Below are positions 49,625 through 63,145 of a DNA stretch of 64,000 nt, in pieces (the stretch's first letter is position 1; every line of letters starts with the position of its first letter). The notes below the pieces were generated by a model. That model ran no database searches. It was given only the letters and a program-made list of their open reading frames with translations, and was not told the DNA's origin. The position numbers and the translations under genes were made by a program. This stretch comes from Octopus sinensis. Its lineage: Eukaryota. Where the stretch lies: assembly GCF_006345805.1 (NCBI RefSeq), contig NC_043018.1:9548001-9612000 (forward strand), read 5' to 3'.

Positions 49625-50000
49625 ACACACACACACACTGGATTCTCTCGTCGTGTTCAGTAAATGAGTGTTCAGTAAAATAAAGCATCAATCATGTTCT
49701 ATGGACACGAATGTGTCTCTTTGAGGCCTGCAGGTGCCTTGCAAACTCTATGGTAAATGGAACAAGTTGAGGACTCAGTTTTCATGAGTGCTTGTCGATC
49801 ATTTGCTCTGTGTTTTCTTGAGTGGGTGGCACTGCCTGCTCTGCTTCGTGTCACAAAACCCCAATGACAGGTGAAGCTTTCATTTAGAGGAGCAGCGTTT
49901 TGCCTGTGTGCCTTCGTGCTTGTACGAAGATGGCCCTGAGTTTGGAGTCGACTTTGCTCAAATCTTTGACCTGAGGAGAAGCAGGACTGGCACAAGCTCC
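49440..50000 (-). mobile_element. Two RTE-like LINE ORF2 C-terminal fragments in tandem
   Basis: QSCFSSGQRFEQSRLQ vs QSGFSSVQGFEQS*LQ; decayed zinc fingers FTCHWGFVTRSRAGSATHSRKH and TCSIYHRVCKAPAGLK/RHIRVH. Confidence 0.6.
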
Positions 50001-51273
50001 TGCTACACATACACACGCATGACGGGCTTCAAGACAGTTTCTTCTCTAGCAAATTCAGTTACAAAAAAGCCAACTTGGGGCTACAGTAGAAGACGCTCGC
50101 CCAAGGGTTACCGTGCAGTGGGACCAAACCCGAAGCGAGGTTCTATACGATACAGACATGTCTGCATCTGCCTCGTTAATAAAGTTTAATGAAATCATTA
50201 CGTAGCGATTTAAAGAAACACGAGATATTGCTCAGAGCATGTTTACAATAATATTTAAGCTGGACGATGACTGTTCGTGGTTGCGTGACTCCTTACCGTT
50301 TGACTAATACTAGTTATAAAGTCTGTAGTTTGGTGATCGCATCTTGTTGCCAGCGTTACAACAGCTTGTCCAGGATAGAAAAAAAAAAACGTATTTTGTC
50401 TCGCATCCGTTTATTGTCCCGGAAACTGAAAGGGAGAAAAAAGAAAGTATAAACAGCTCCTAATTAGGAGTGACGAGATCAGTGATCAGAAACAATGATA
50501 TTTAATTGATAGATTGAATAATACTTTGTAGCAATGAATGACTAAACGCTTGCAGCAGTCAGTGGCATTGATGAATAAATATATTTAGCTAGGGAAGAGG
50601 TTGGGCAGACATCAGAATGAGATGAGACGAGATGAGATGAGATGCATTTGGCGAGGGCCCAGAGCTTGTTGCAAATGTTAGCTTCTTTGGATTCGTTTCA
50701 AGCAGTTGCATCATTAGTATGACAAAAAAAACAACAACAGTATTTAAGGATGATAAAAGAGACTCTAATTTCTGTGTGCATGAGGTGGTGGTGTAAAGTA
50801 TCTCCCCATTATGCCCCCCACTCCCAACTTCGTCATATAATTGTTTTCACAGCTCTGCGCTATATATATATATATATGTACGTATGTGTGTATAATATGT
50901 AGATGATGCATAAAGTGAGAATAGAAAACAGGGAAGGGTTCTTACAAAGCGAGGAATAATAGGTTGGGTCGGTTTTGTGTGAGAGGAATAAATAAATGAT
51001 TACATACGTACATACATATTGCATAAGTATGTATGTATGTATGAGAAGTATGTATGTAGGCATCTGTATATACATATATGTGCGCGCGCGTGTGTGTCTG
51101 TGTATACGTGTATATCTATATGTATATGTGTGTATATACGTGTGTATGTATATGTATGTGTATATAAGTATGTTATAAGTATATGTATATATTTGTATAC
51201 GTGTGTGTGTATATATATATATATATATGCGCGTGTGTGTGTATACGTGTATATCTATATGTATATGTGTGTG

Positions 51274-51312
<39 letters not shown>

Positions 51313-51863
51313 TAAGCAATAAAGGGTTTAGCAACAAATTGCCTTACCACATACCGAATTTAGAAATAGCAGTCAAAGAGTTATAGCTATTTCTTCTACT
51401 AAAAAGAGAGATCTCAGTAAAAACAGCAATTGGAAGGCAGACACAAACAGGTAAGAGAGAATGAATTGACGGCAATCTATCATACAATTTTAAGTTTTAT
51501 ATATATATGTATATACGTGTGTATGTATATGTGTGTGTATATAAGTATATGTATATATTTGTATACGTGTATATGTATGTATATATATATATATGTATAT
51601 GTGTATATACGTGTGTGTATGAGTTGTTCTTGATATGTAATCGTTGAAATTGAAGCAATGAAAATAATCCCATCATGATAAAATCACAACAAAGAACCAT
51701 TTGGTGCTGACAGGAAGCGGGATCAGGAATTTTGTTTATGTGTGTACCTGAAGCCAGGTTAGGCCTGGCAGTGTGACATCACAGGGCAAGTGCCTCCGAT
51801 AGACCAATGTCTTGTAAATAGAATTTAGTAGACGAGCGCGTTGTCTGTGTGTGTGTGTGTGTG

Positions 51864-52161
51864 TGGAGGCGCAATGGCCCAGTGGTTAGGGCAGCGGACT
51901 TGCGGTCGTAGGATCGCGGTTTCAATTCCCAGACCGGGCGTTGTGAGTGTTTATTGAGCGAAAACACCTAAAGTTCCGCGAGGCTCCAGCAGGGGGTGCT
52001 GGCGAACCCTGCTGTACTCTTTCGTCACAACTTTCTCTCACTCCTTCTTCTGTTGGCCTGCTCGCTTAGCCAGCGGGGTGGCATCATCTGAAGGCTAAAA
52101 CAATGCGAAGCGCATTGTGACCAGCGATGTATAGCAACATCTGATAGCCTGGTTGGTCACG

Positions 52162-52165
<4 letters not shown>
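51864..52165 (+). mobile_element. SINE family C with tail type 3
   Basis: tRNA-like head; tail ggcctgctcgcttagccagcgggg...gaccagcgatgtatagcaacatctgatag, also seen reversed at about 1255-1350. Confidence 0.85.
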
Positions 52166-52208
<43 letters not shown>

Positions 52209-52577
52209 TAGCAGGGGTCCCCAAACACCGAGCTGCAAATCATTTGGTATCGGGCTTGACAGGAAAAATAAATTTTAAATTATATTTCCATTTTATTGAC
52301 CTGTCGCTGTCTACTGAGTGTTTTTGTAATATATCTATCTCTTATTATGTAATATACTAAGGTTGCGTATTGGCAGAGTCGTTAGAAAGCTAGGTAAAGT
52401 GTTTTAGCGGCATTTCGTCCGACTCGGTTCGGATTCCATCGAGTTCGACTTTGCTTTTCAACCTTTCAGGGTCGATAAAATAAGTACCAGTTGAACACTA
52501 GGGTCGACTAACCCCTTCCCATGAAATTGCTGGCCTTGTTCTGAAATTTGAAACCAGTATGTAATATATGTATGTAA

Positions 52578-52812
52578 GAGGCGGCGGGCTGGCAGAAACG
52601 TTAGCACGTCGGGCGAAATGCTTGGCAGTATTTCGTCTGCCGCTACGTTCTGAGTTCAAATTCCGCCGAGGTCGACTTTGCCTTTCATCCTTTCGGGGTC
52701 GATTAAATAAGCACCAGTTACGCACTGGGGTCGATATAATCGATTTAATCCGTTTGTCTGTCCTTGTTTGTCCTCTCTGTGTTTAGCCCCTTGTGGGTAG
52801 TAAAGAAATAAG
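52578..52812 (+). mobile_element. SINE family B, long form
   Basis: Near-consensus; agtatgtaatata at 52556-52568 and 52811-52823 is the probable TSD. Confidence 0.9.
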
Positions 52813-52880
52813 TATGTAATATACAGGGTGTCTATAAATTATCTTTGCAATTTGGAACATTCAGATAATAAAAAAAGAAA

Positions 52881-53175
52881 AACAAGAGCACCCAGAGAGC
52901 GCGAGCCTCTGCCAAGGCAACACCAACGTCCTCTCAACGATTAACCGGAGAGGATTTTTAAACTGAGAATATCTGAAATAAACTCGACTGCTCTTACAAA
53001 CAAGAATACTGAAAATGAACTCGACCGCTCTCAAAAATGAAGTTTAAAAAAACCCGGAAAAATAACCCAGAATCCTTATCTGGTACCTGATTGATCCCAA
53101 TAGTTTACCCTTATCTAATACAAGCCAAAGTTAACAAACTCATCATTCAATATAGTTTCAGAGGCGGAGGTAATA
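52881..53175 (-). mobile_element. Helentron-type (HINE-like) element
   Basis: Sibling of 13214-13566. Confidence 0.65.
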
Positions 53176-53339
53176 ATAAGTTCTACTCAGGAATATTTAA
53201 ATGAATAGCATGAGACCTTTTGGTTTTTTTTCTTCTCTTAAACTCCGGCCTTCTTTAGTATTCCTGTTGTTTTACATCGATGTATAGAGATATGTATATA
53301 TGTAAGTATACTGCTAATATGTATGTATAATATACAATA

Positions 53340-53635
53340 TCTTTATATATAAAAGTGAAGTTGTGTGTCTGTCTCCTACGATTTAGATTCCTAACTACTC
53401 CCACATTTTGCGGTGCAGTTTAACCAAATTCGGGTATCTTATAGTCGTGATCCATATCGAGCCCTTCTGGGTATTAGCGCGCGTCTACGATGAGTCTACG
53501 ATTTAAAAAAAAATTACCATCATTTTTTCCCATTTTTAATGCATTTTTGCTATTATATAAGGGAAGTAACTCTCTAAAAATGCTTATATAGTTATTTCCC
53601 TTACAAACCCAAGCAACGCCGGGCGATACTGCTAG
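53340..53635 (+). mobile_element. Non-autonomous Helitron
   Basis: A|TCTTTATATATAAAA start; CCCAAGCAACGCCGGG hairpin followed by CTAG|T. Confidence 0.8.
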
Positions 53636-53860
53636 TATATTATAAAAATATGTGTTATTTAATTTCTGAAAAGTTTTGCTGCCGTATATTTATGTAGTTT
53701 GATTTCTTTACTCATCAGTTTCTGCTAAGATAGAGACGCGTGTAAAATTAGTAATAGAGAGACGAAAATAAAACTTTGGGAACGGCCTAAAGGAAGATAA
53801 TTGAGAAAGACTTGAAAGTCAACGTAAGATCGTAATCATGTAAAGTAAAGTAAATATAAC

Positions 53861-54046
53861 AAATAATCTAGAATCCTTGCCCGGTACCGGGTCGATCCCA
53901 AAATTTAATCACTTCGTGCTAGTCATGAGGCCAAACATCCTTGAAAGTTTCATCCAAATCCATCCAGCTGTTCTTGAGATATCTTGTCCACGGACAAACA
54001 AACACGTCTGAAAACAATACCTCCGCCTTAGCGAAGGCGGAGTAAT
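53861..54046 (-). mobile_element. Helentron-type (HINE-like) element, partial
   Basis: Hairpin ctccgccttagcgaaggcggag at 54021-54042. Confidence 0.65.
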
Positions 54047-54280
54047 AAGGATAACTCGGCAGAGTTTACTGGAAAACATAGACAAACGAATTAAATTTTA
54101 TTAGATACATCAGAACCCTTCCATGTGGGTTTCCACGCAATAAATAGCTACAATAAATTGCGGAAGTTGTAAAGATAATTAATGGACATCTTGGATGTGT
54201 ACTAGATATGTAATAAGTAAATCATATGCCCTTTGATACCCTTTTTTATTATTATTATTATGCATGTGTATCCCGTCCGT

Positions 54281-55157
54281 GGATGGATGAACGAACGAAC
54301 GGGTGGATGGACGGGCGGGCGGACGTACGAGTGGATGGTTGAACGAACGGGTGGATGGACGAACGAACGGGTGGATGAATGGGTGGACGTACGAGTGGAT
54401 GGACGAACGTACGGGTGGGTGGACGGACGGACAGATGGATGGACAAACGAACGGGTGGATGGATGGACGGGCGGACAGACGGGTGGACGAACGAACGAAC
54501 GGGTGGATAGACGGGCGGGCGGACGTACGAGTGGATGGTTGAACGAACGGGTGGATGGACGAACGAACGGGTGGATGAATGGGTGGACGTACGAGTGGAT
54601 GGACGAACGTACGGGTGGGTGGACGGACGGACAGATGGATGGACAAACGAACGGGTGGATGGATGGACGGGCGGACGTACGAGTGGATGGTTGAACGAAC
54701 GGGTGGATGGACGAACGAACGGGTGGATGAATGGGTGGACGTACGAGTGGATGGACGAACGTACGGGTGGGTGGACGGACGGACGGACAGATGGATGGAC
54801 AAACGAACGGGTGGATGGATGGACGGGCGGACAGACGGGTGGACGAACGAACGAACGGGTGGGTGGATGGACGAACGGACGGATAGGGTGGATGGACGAA
54901 TAAATGGGTTGATGGACGGGTGGACGTGCGGGTGGATGGGTGGATGGACGGACAGGTGAATGGACGAACGAACGGGTGGACGGACGGGTGGACGTACGGG
55001 TAAATGGATGTACGGGTGGATGGACGAACAAGCGGGTGGATCGATGGACGGACGGACGAGTGAATGGATGTACGGACGAACGGTTAGATGGGTGGACAGA
55101 CGCACGGGTAGATGTGCGGTGCATGGACGGACGAACGGGTGACGGATGAACGGACAG
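54281..55157. repeat. GGAY/GAAC/GGGT tetramer-based tandem repeat with higher-order units
   Basis: Anchor ggacgtacgagtggatggtt at 54321, 54521 and 54673. Confidence 0.95.
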
Positions 55158-55557
55158 TCTGTGTAAAAATTGCCTTAGAACATAGAAACAAAAACAGAAA
55201 AAAAAAAAACCGCGGCCGCTGAATCGTAAGTTATAGGCTTGGTCGAGTGATTAAAAATTCGCCTCACAATCACCAGGTCTCAGTTTCGAGCCTACTGTTT
55301 ATTTAGAAGTACGTTTTTTTGAGAAACTTTTTTTGAGAAACTTTGAGAAACTTCATAAAAGACACGTTACAAGAACGGGATGTAAACAGTTTTATGATGA
55401 AGTCCAAAAAGCAAATCATATTGTTATAATAGACAACACTTCCTCACCAAACAAACACGCTCTCTCTTACTCTCACTCATGCTCACACTCTCTCACGCAT
55501 GCTCTCCCTCCTCTGTCTCGCGCATACACATGCTCTCTTTCTCACATACACACGCAC

Positions 55558-55599
<42 letters not shown>

Positions 55600-56243
55600 A
55601 CACACACATGCTTATTTTCACACACATTCTCTCTCACACGTGCTTTTTCTCACTCTGTCTTTCTCACACAAGTATACACACACGTACACGTATGGTCTTT
55701 CTTTTATGTATATACACACGCTCTCACTTTGTTTCTCACATGCATGATCCTTCTCTCACTCTCTCTCACACACACACACACACACTCACACACTCGTATA
55801 CTATAATCCATATATATTGCATGTAAAGAGTTAACATAAAAATGAGGTCATCCCAGTCGAGAAGAGAATTGCATTGCAGATGCGACTCTGATATCGGGAG
55901 TCGATGTGTCCTATACTGAGAGGGCGACGCTTCTAAACAGTAGCTCTTCATTGCAACACTGTTACCGCTCTAATATCCGGGTCCAAAGTGTAGATATTGA
56001 GCACAGAGACAGATCATATCTAGACTGTAAACTAGTGATAAAACTAGAGAGATAGAGAGAGATCTTGTCTACTGCTACAATATCTGACATAGTCAGCTGT
56101 AAGATAATCAATGAATTTCGTTCCTGAACACTCGACATTTCTATTTTTATAACCACCCAAGTAGCTTGCCGGTGTTCTTCGTCCCTCAAAGAATCTTAAA
56201 CCCAAATAACTACATCTATTTATCTTCTATCGCTTACATGTAT

Positions 56244-56855
56244 CAGTCATTGGACTGCGGTCATACTGGAGCACTGCCTTCAAGGGTTTTTAGTCGAACA
56301 AATATATCCCAGTACTTTTTATAAAAAAAAAATTGGTACTTACCCTAACGGTCTCTTTTGCCAAACCGCTAAGCAACGTCCAGGTAAACAAACCATCACC
56401 GGTTGTCAAGCTGTTGTCGGGGAACAAACACACGCACACGCGCGCACATTTACGACGGGCTTCATTCACTTTCCGTCTACTAAATCCATTTTCCCCCAAA
56501 CTACATGGTTCCGGTTTCAGTCCCACTGCATGACACTTTTGTCAGCTATAGCTCCGGCCGATCAGTCAATACCTTGTGAGTGAATTCAGGAAACGGAAAC
56601 TGTGTGGAAACCCGTCATATGTGTGTGTGTCTGTGTTTGTTCCTCCCATTGCTTGAGAACTGGTGTCGGTTTTTTGTGTCCCCTTAACATAGCGGTTCGG
56701 TAAATGGACCCGATAGAATACGTGCCAGACTTAGCAAAAAAACAAAAAAAAAGCAGCGAGTACTGAGGTTAATTTGTTCGGCTAAACCCTTCATGATGGT
56801 GCTCCAACTTGGCCGCAATCATAAATATAAAAAAAAAATAAGATAAAAGATAAAG
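56244..56855. mobile_element. Two family A SINEs head to head (- then +)
   Basis: - copy at about 56244-56490, + copy at about 56500-56855. Confidence 0.75.
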
Positions 56856-57327
56856 TCAACACTGTAAACAGATACAGACATTGTATGATCAATGGCTGAG
56901 GAGCGACATCATTGATATATTGGTTTGTACGATCGGGGCATCAGGATTGACCGGGAGCTAAACATCAACGAAATCGATCTCCGCATGTGACAGATGGTTT
57001 TATGTAGTTTTAATCACGACCATTTGTTGACATAGCAACCGCGGTTAATTGTCTTTGTATAGTACTGGATGGGTGGCGTGGTGATGATGATGATGATGAT
57101 GATGATGATATTAATAATAATGGTTTCAAAATTTTCCTCAAGTGCAGCAGTTTTTGGAGAAAGGATGAATCAATTACATCGACCCCAGTGTTCAAGTGGT
57201 ACTTATTTTTACCGACCTCGGAAGGATGAAAGGTAAAGACAACCTCGATCGAATTTGAACGTAGCGACGGGCGAAATATCGCCAAGCATTTCGCCTAGCA
57301 CGCTAACGATTCTGCCACTTCGCCGGC

Positions 57328-57380
<53 letters not shown>

Positions 57381-57707
57381 CCTTTCTACTGTAGGCACAA
57401 GGTCTGAAATTTGGGGAAGGGTCAAGTCGACTACATCGACTCCAGTACTCAACTGGTATTTATTTTATTGACCCTGAAAGGATGAACGGCAAAGTCAACC
57501 TCGGCGGAACTTGAACCCAGAACGTAAATGATGATGAGGAAGAAGAAGCAATTCATTCAACAAAAGCCTTTCGAGGCGGTGTCCCCAGCAGGCCCGCAGT
57601 CCAATGACTGAAAAAAAAAAAAGAAAGATCAAAGTTTTTCTTTATAATAACTCTGTTTCTGCAGTTATTAATAACGTAATCCAAGAGTTGTTTGTTTTCG
57701 AAATTAG

Positions 57708-58123
57708 GGATCTTTTCGGTTTGAACGGCAGTTTTTTCTAGCAGTGTCATATGAAATTGTCACCCATAATTATGACCCTAGTATCGATCTATTACATTTC
57801 AATCTGTTTTAGGGTTAGGGGTGGGGGGAAGGGTATCTTTTTTTCTTCACAAATGTAAATAAACCCAATCTGTTCTTAAACGAGGGACATATTCATACGG
57901 CACAGAATGTTTTTTTTTACCTCAATAGACGTCATTGATTGGTTGAAATTGCAGAAATTGAAGGGAAAAAAAAACAACAAATATCTTACAAACTAATGAA
58001 TTTTCTCAATAAAGCCAAGAGAAAAAGATGTTTTATAAACACATTCTACCAGTATACGAAGTTTAAAATTTTTTAGTTACCTAGAAATTATGTTAAAAAC
58101 TGCCGTTCAAACCGAAAAGACCC
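57708..58123 (+). mobile_element. GGATC-ended MITE with 8-bp (or 9-bp) TSD
   Basis: gaaattag at 57700-57707 and 58124-58131; TIRs as at 21612. Confidence 0.9.
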
Positions 58124-58649
58124 GAAATTAGAAATATAACAATTTAAACTTGTTACCAATTCCTATATGTATAAGACATATGTAACCCGTAACAAAGTCA
58201 TCCACTGCATTTCGTCATGCAGAAAATGTTTCGCTGCAGACAAAAGGGTACCAACACACCAAGTCATACCGTCTGTTTCGTGGATGTATGCACTTCGGAT
58301 TAGTTATCTCCTCTTCAGCATCTTCTCCTTGACAGCAATCAACGTTTTTCTTACGGGTTCGAATATCTCTCACGCATATTCGAACTGGTAGCAAACTTAT
58401 ATTTGTGCATATCGCCGTTTGTTTTTAATATAGACACAAAAGCCATCAGTTTTTAGAAGAAGGGGCGACCAGTCGATTACAACGATTCTAATACTTGACT
58501 GTTACTTTATTTCGTCGACTCCGAGAGGACCAAAGCATTGTTGAATGCGGCGGTGTTTGAACTCTTAGAATTAAATCAGAATAGTTTAATAGTAAATAAT
58601 GTCTATTGTCAGTTACGCAACCATTTTGCTCTATAATCTTCACGGCTGA

Positions 58650-59620
58650 CAGTATCGGCCATGATGAAAGCGTACGCCAACATTACTGGACATGATGCAT
58701 GACATGCCGGATGAGTTGGGCCAGTTTTAAGCCATTTATGCAGATTTGTTTAAATTGGGCCCCGCGCACACGATCGAGCGGGGGACTGCTATGAACAATT
58801 TTTAGTGTATCATTAAGGATAATGATGGCGCCTCAAACCCTCAATGCTTTTTGACTGGACTGATGTACTACACGAAGCTTAAAACATTAATCTTCAGCTT
58901 TTGTAGAGTAGAGGGCTCCACTGACAATTCTCTAATTGGGCCCTGCACTTCTTAGCGCTGGCCCTGCGAATGAGCACGGCCAACACTGCCAGATACGATG
59001 AAGGGGTATGGTCAACGTTGCTAGTCATAATGAGGGAGTACACCAACACTGCCGAGTATGATAACACTGCCAGACTTGATGAAAGAGTATTCAACAAAGG
59101 GTATTCAACAAAAGGCGGCGAGCTGGCAGAAACGTTAGCACGCCGGGCGAAATGCCTAACGGTATTTCGTCTGCGTTACGTTGTGAGTTCAAATACCGCC
59201 GAGGTCGACTTTGCCTTTCATCCTTTCGGGGTCGATAAATTAAGTACCAGTTACGCACTGGGGTCAATGTAATTGACTTAATACCTATGTCTGTCCTTGT
59301 TTGTCCCCTCTGTGTTTAGCCCCTTGTGGGTAATAAAGAAATAGGTATTTCGTCTGCCGCTACGTTCTGAGTTCAAATTCCGCCGAGGTCGACTTTGCCT
59401 TTCATCCTTTCGGGGTCGATAAATTAAGTACCAGTTACGCACTGGGGTCGATATAATCAACTTATTCCGTTTGTCGGTCCTTGTTTGTCCTCTCTGTGTT
59501 TAGCCCCTTGTGGGTAGTAAAGAAATAGGTATTCAACACCGCTGGACATTAAGGAGTACTCCAACATTGCCAAACCCAGTGAAGGGGTGCACCAACATGG
59601 CTAGACATGATGAATAGGTA
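58650..59620. repeat. Diverged minisatellite (unit about 30-35 bp) interrupted by insertions
   Basis: caacactgccagac.tgatgaagg.gta-like units on both sides of the B dimer. Confidence 0.6.
59113..59530 (+). mobile_element. Family B tandem dimer
   Basis: Second unit starts at the aaataggtatttcg junction; ggtattcaaca flanks both ends. Confidence 0.9.
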
Positions 59621-60190
59621 CACGAGAGGAAAAAAGTTTTCAGAGCCCCTGGTCTGAATAAAATGTACATTCTGGGGCATTGTGACGGTATTCGTACCTG
59701 ACGGCAGTCATGAGTGTGTAACTGTTCAACTCTGAGCACACATTTATTCATTGCGTCATAGACTTTTACCGAAATATTGCCAATTTAAGCGCTATTTGCT
59801 GTCAAATCGAAGCTGATATACCTCGTTATATCACATCTTCATGATTTATTTTAGAGAAAGAATTGTGTTATAACAAACAGATGACTGTCCTAACAAATTC
59901 GTACAAAACTACTCCCTCAATAGAAAAGATGTTTTCTTTAAATGGCTGCCGTATGAATAAAGCAAGGATATAAATTATGTGTATGTTACCTGTTTGTTTT
60001 TTCTTGATGTATTTTTAATGAAATAATCGGATTTATGTACTTAAGAATAGACTGTAATATAAATTATAGATTACATAAAATATAGAAATAATTCCTCTTT
60101 TGAATGCCATAAACAGATGCAATGAAAACAGAAAGCAGAGCTTCTGTGTAATTACAGAAGTTTAAGCGGCTGTAAGAAAAGTGTGTGTGC

Positions 60191-60251
<61 letters not shown>

Positions 60252-61039
60252 ATATGGGGGGAGTGGCTGTCACAGTTCGATGTGGTGTTGTGAGTATATA
60301 TATGGCTTAGTCCATAAGATTACAAGCAGCTACAACAGCTGACGTAGCTGGAGTTAAGTTGTACACCTTCGTTGCACAGACGAACGAAATATGACGACAT
60401 TGTTTGGCAGTTTTGTTGTTATTGTTGTTGTTAAAAACTAGATTATGTCTAACGGCTATGATCAGATTGAGGTTTTAACTTGTTTTCGGTTTCTCTGTCA
60501 GTGACCGTATTAATAGGAACGCAGCAAGTAGTGATGATAAATTTATTAAGCGCGAACAGACCTCAGCCAGTCGGACACTGCGATAGGTGGAAAAGTCCAC
60601 TTTATTAGCGTTTTATTGAGGATTAGTGGAAAGAAAGTGCGACAACGTTCTCGGGGAGACCTTGGGCGTCGAAAACGATCAGGCTAGCCGCTCTCTTCCG
60701 GAGAACTATCGGCCCCAACTTGCAGAATCAGTAGAGTGTTGGAGAAAATACTTTGTGGTATTTGTTCCGGCTCTTTACGTTCTGAGTTCAAATCCCACCC
60801 TGGGCCTACTTTGTCTTTCATCCTTCTGGAATCGGTATGTGGTTAAGAAGTTCGCCTTTTTAACTTCATAGTTTCCGGTTCTATCCCACTACACAGCAGC
60901 ACTCTGTTGCAATCAATTAGGCTCAACCTTTGGTGGTGTGCTCATTTCAAAATTCAAGAAGGTTATGTGGATAGTTTTTATTTTGGGTGGTGGGGGAAAA
61001 GCCATAGAGATATTCACGATTCATCCCTTATTTTGGCTC

Positions 61040-61358
61040 TTTAGGGTTAGGGTTAGGGATGGGGGGAAGGGTATCTTTTTTTTCTTCACAAATGTAAATA
61101 AACCCAATCTGTTTCTTAAACGAGGGACATATTCATACGGGACAGAAAGTTTTTTTTACCTCAATGGACGTCATTGATTGGTTGAAATTGCAGAAATTGA
61201 AGAAAAAAATAACAAATATCTTACAAACTATAGAATTTTCTCAATAAAGCCAAGAGAAAAAGATGTTTTATAAACACATTCTACCAGTATACGAAGTTTA
61301 AAAGTGTTTAGTTACCTAGAAATTATGTTAAAAACTGCCGTTCAAACCGAAAAGATCC
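61040..61358 (+). mobile_element. GGATC-ended MITE, 5'-truncated
   Basis: Same body and right TIR as 21612-22034. Confidence 0.9.
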
Positions 61359-61922
61359 GAGGCCCTAAATCACTTATTTACATTAATGTTATTTGATGTT
61401 ATTGACAGAGAGACATAAATGAAAAGGCAATGGTGGGGAAAGATTTTTGGTTTGGAACGGTGAATCACATTTCGGTTGCAGCCTCTTGAAGAATGGAGAA
61501 GGAAACAAGGAGAAAAAGGAGGAAGAAAAGAGAAGAAAGGAGGAAGATAAAAGAAAAGGAAAAGATGACGGAGAAAAAATTGCTTGTGTTTCATTTTTCT
61601 CTATCTTTACATGGTCTTCTGTGTTAGATTGTAAATATCGTGGACGTGTCATATGTAACTCCTACGTAGTATTTTGTCTACTGTGTGTGTGTGTGTGTGT
61701 GTGTGTGGTATGTCATGGTTGGTTGTTTTTGATGTTTTCTGGTGTTTATGGCGAGAACGGAAACAATGGGGCCCGGTATGCGCTACTTTTAGGTTGAGTT
61801 ACAGTGTATGTGTGTATGTGAGTGTATCCATCTATCTGTCTATATGTACATATATACCCAACTACCTATCTACATGTAGACAAATAATTATCCGTCTGTC
61901 TGTGTCTATGAACGTGTCTGTC

Positions 61923-61970
<48 letters not shown>

Positions 61971-62129
61971 TACATACATACATACATACATACATACATA
62001 CATGAATCACACACATACATGCCCATGCCACACGCACATATATACATACATAAATATATTTATAGATAGTTTACATACACATAAATAGATAGACGTGTAC
62101 ACACACACACATATACATACATGCGGGCG

Positions 62130-62164
<35 letters not shown>

Positions 62165-62425
62165 GGCCGATTGTCTAATGTGGTTGATGTAAGATTGCAG
62201 TAAATGTCAGGTTATGTAATTACAAAGTAAGTTATGAGGGGAACAGGTTTACTTGGTGAGGGTTTTTTTGTTAGTTTTTAAGATTTTCTTTGCCCGTTTT
62301 TCTCTTCACCAGACAATTGGAAACAGGAAAAGAAACAACACTCAGTAAATAAATAGATAAATAAACCAAAAGATTCAAGGAAATATTTGAACGCAATTAT
62401 AACCCGTAATTATCCAAATTCTGTT

Positions 62426-62635
<210 letters not shown>

Positions 62636-62968
62636 TATATATATATATATATATATACTCTTTTACTCTTTTACTTGTTTCAGTCATTTGACTGCGGCCA
62701 TGCTGGAGCACCGCCTTTAATCGAGCAACTCGACCCTGGGACTTATTCTTTTGTAAGCCCAGTACTTATTTTATTGGTCTCTTTTGCCAAACCGCTAAGT
62801 AACATTGTTTACCTTAAAGCTAGATGCTGGTTGTATAGTGACAATTGTAGCATACAAAGACATTTGTATACACATATACATACACGTACATATACATATA
62901 TGCATAATACATACTGATTTATATATACTTATATGTATATTTTCATACATGCAGAGAGATTGTGTAAA

Positions 62969-63145
62969 GGCGCGTGGCCTAGTGGTTAGGGGCGTTGCAC
63001 TCGCGATTGTGAGATCGTGGTTTCGTTTCTCAGACCGGATGTACGTTGTGTTCTTGAGCAAAACATTTTATTTCACGTTACTCCAGTCCACTCGGCTATA
63101 AACGGGTAACCCTGCGATAGAATAGCCTTCCGATCAGGGGGAATG
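62969..63145 (+). mobile_element. tRNA-derived SINE with a V-domain-like segment
   Basis: Head ggcgcgtggcctagtggttagg; gggtaaccctgcgatagaatagccttccgatcaggggga resembles the V-SINE central domain as I recall it. Confidence 0.6.

Noticed and set aside
51864-51940. tRNA gene
   Set aside because: The tRNA-like head continues into a SINE body shared by three copies, and I could not fold a complete acceptor stem.
54179-55124. 308-aa and 288-aa ORFs, the longest in the track
   Set aside because: They are translations of a stop-free tetramer tandem repeat; several overlapping frames are open and the products are low-complexity.
58283-58322. HHR-like motif on - (GATG-CTGAAGA-GGA..TCC-GAAG-TGCA-TA-CATC)
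   Set aside because: GAAG replaces GAAA, there is no sibling copy in the window, and the surrounding sequence may instead be a Tc1-like remnant; unresolved.
59113-59530. CRISPR-like repeat-spacer array
   Set aside because: The repeats are SINE units with no unique spacers; eukaryotic context and no cas genes.
61041-61058. Telomere or telomere-fusion site (TTAGGG)n; also at 21714, 25572 and 57800
   Set aside because: Only 2-3 units; most are an internal part of the GGATC MITE, and the 25572 tract sits in a different, unassigned repeat.
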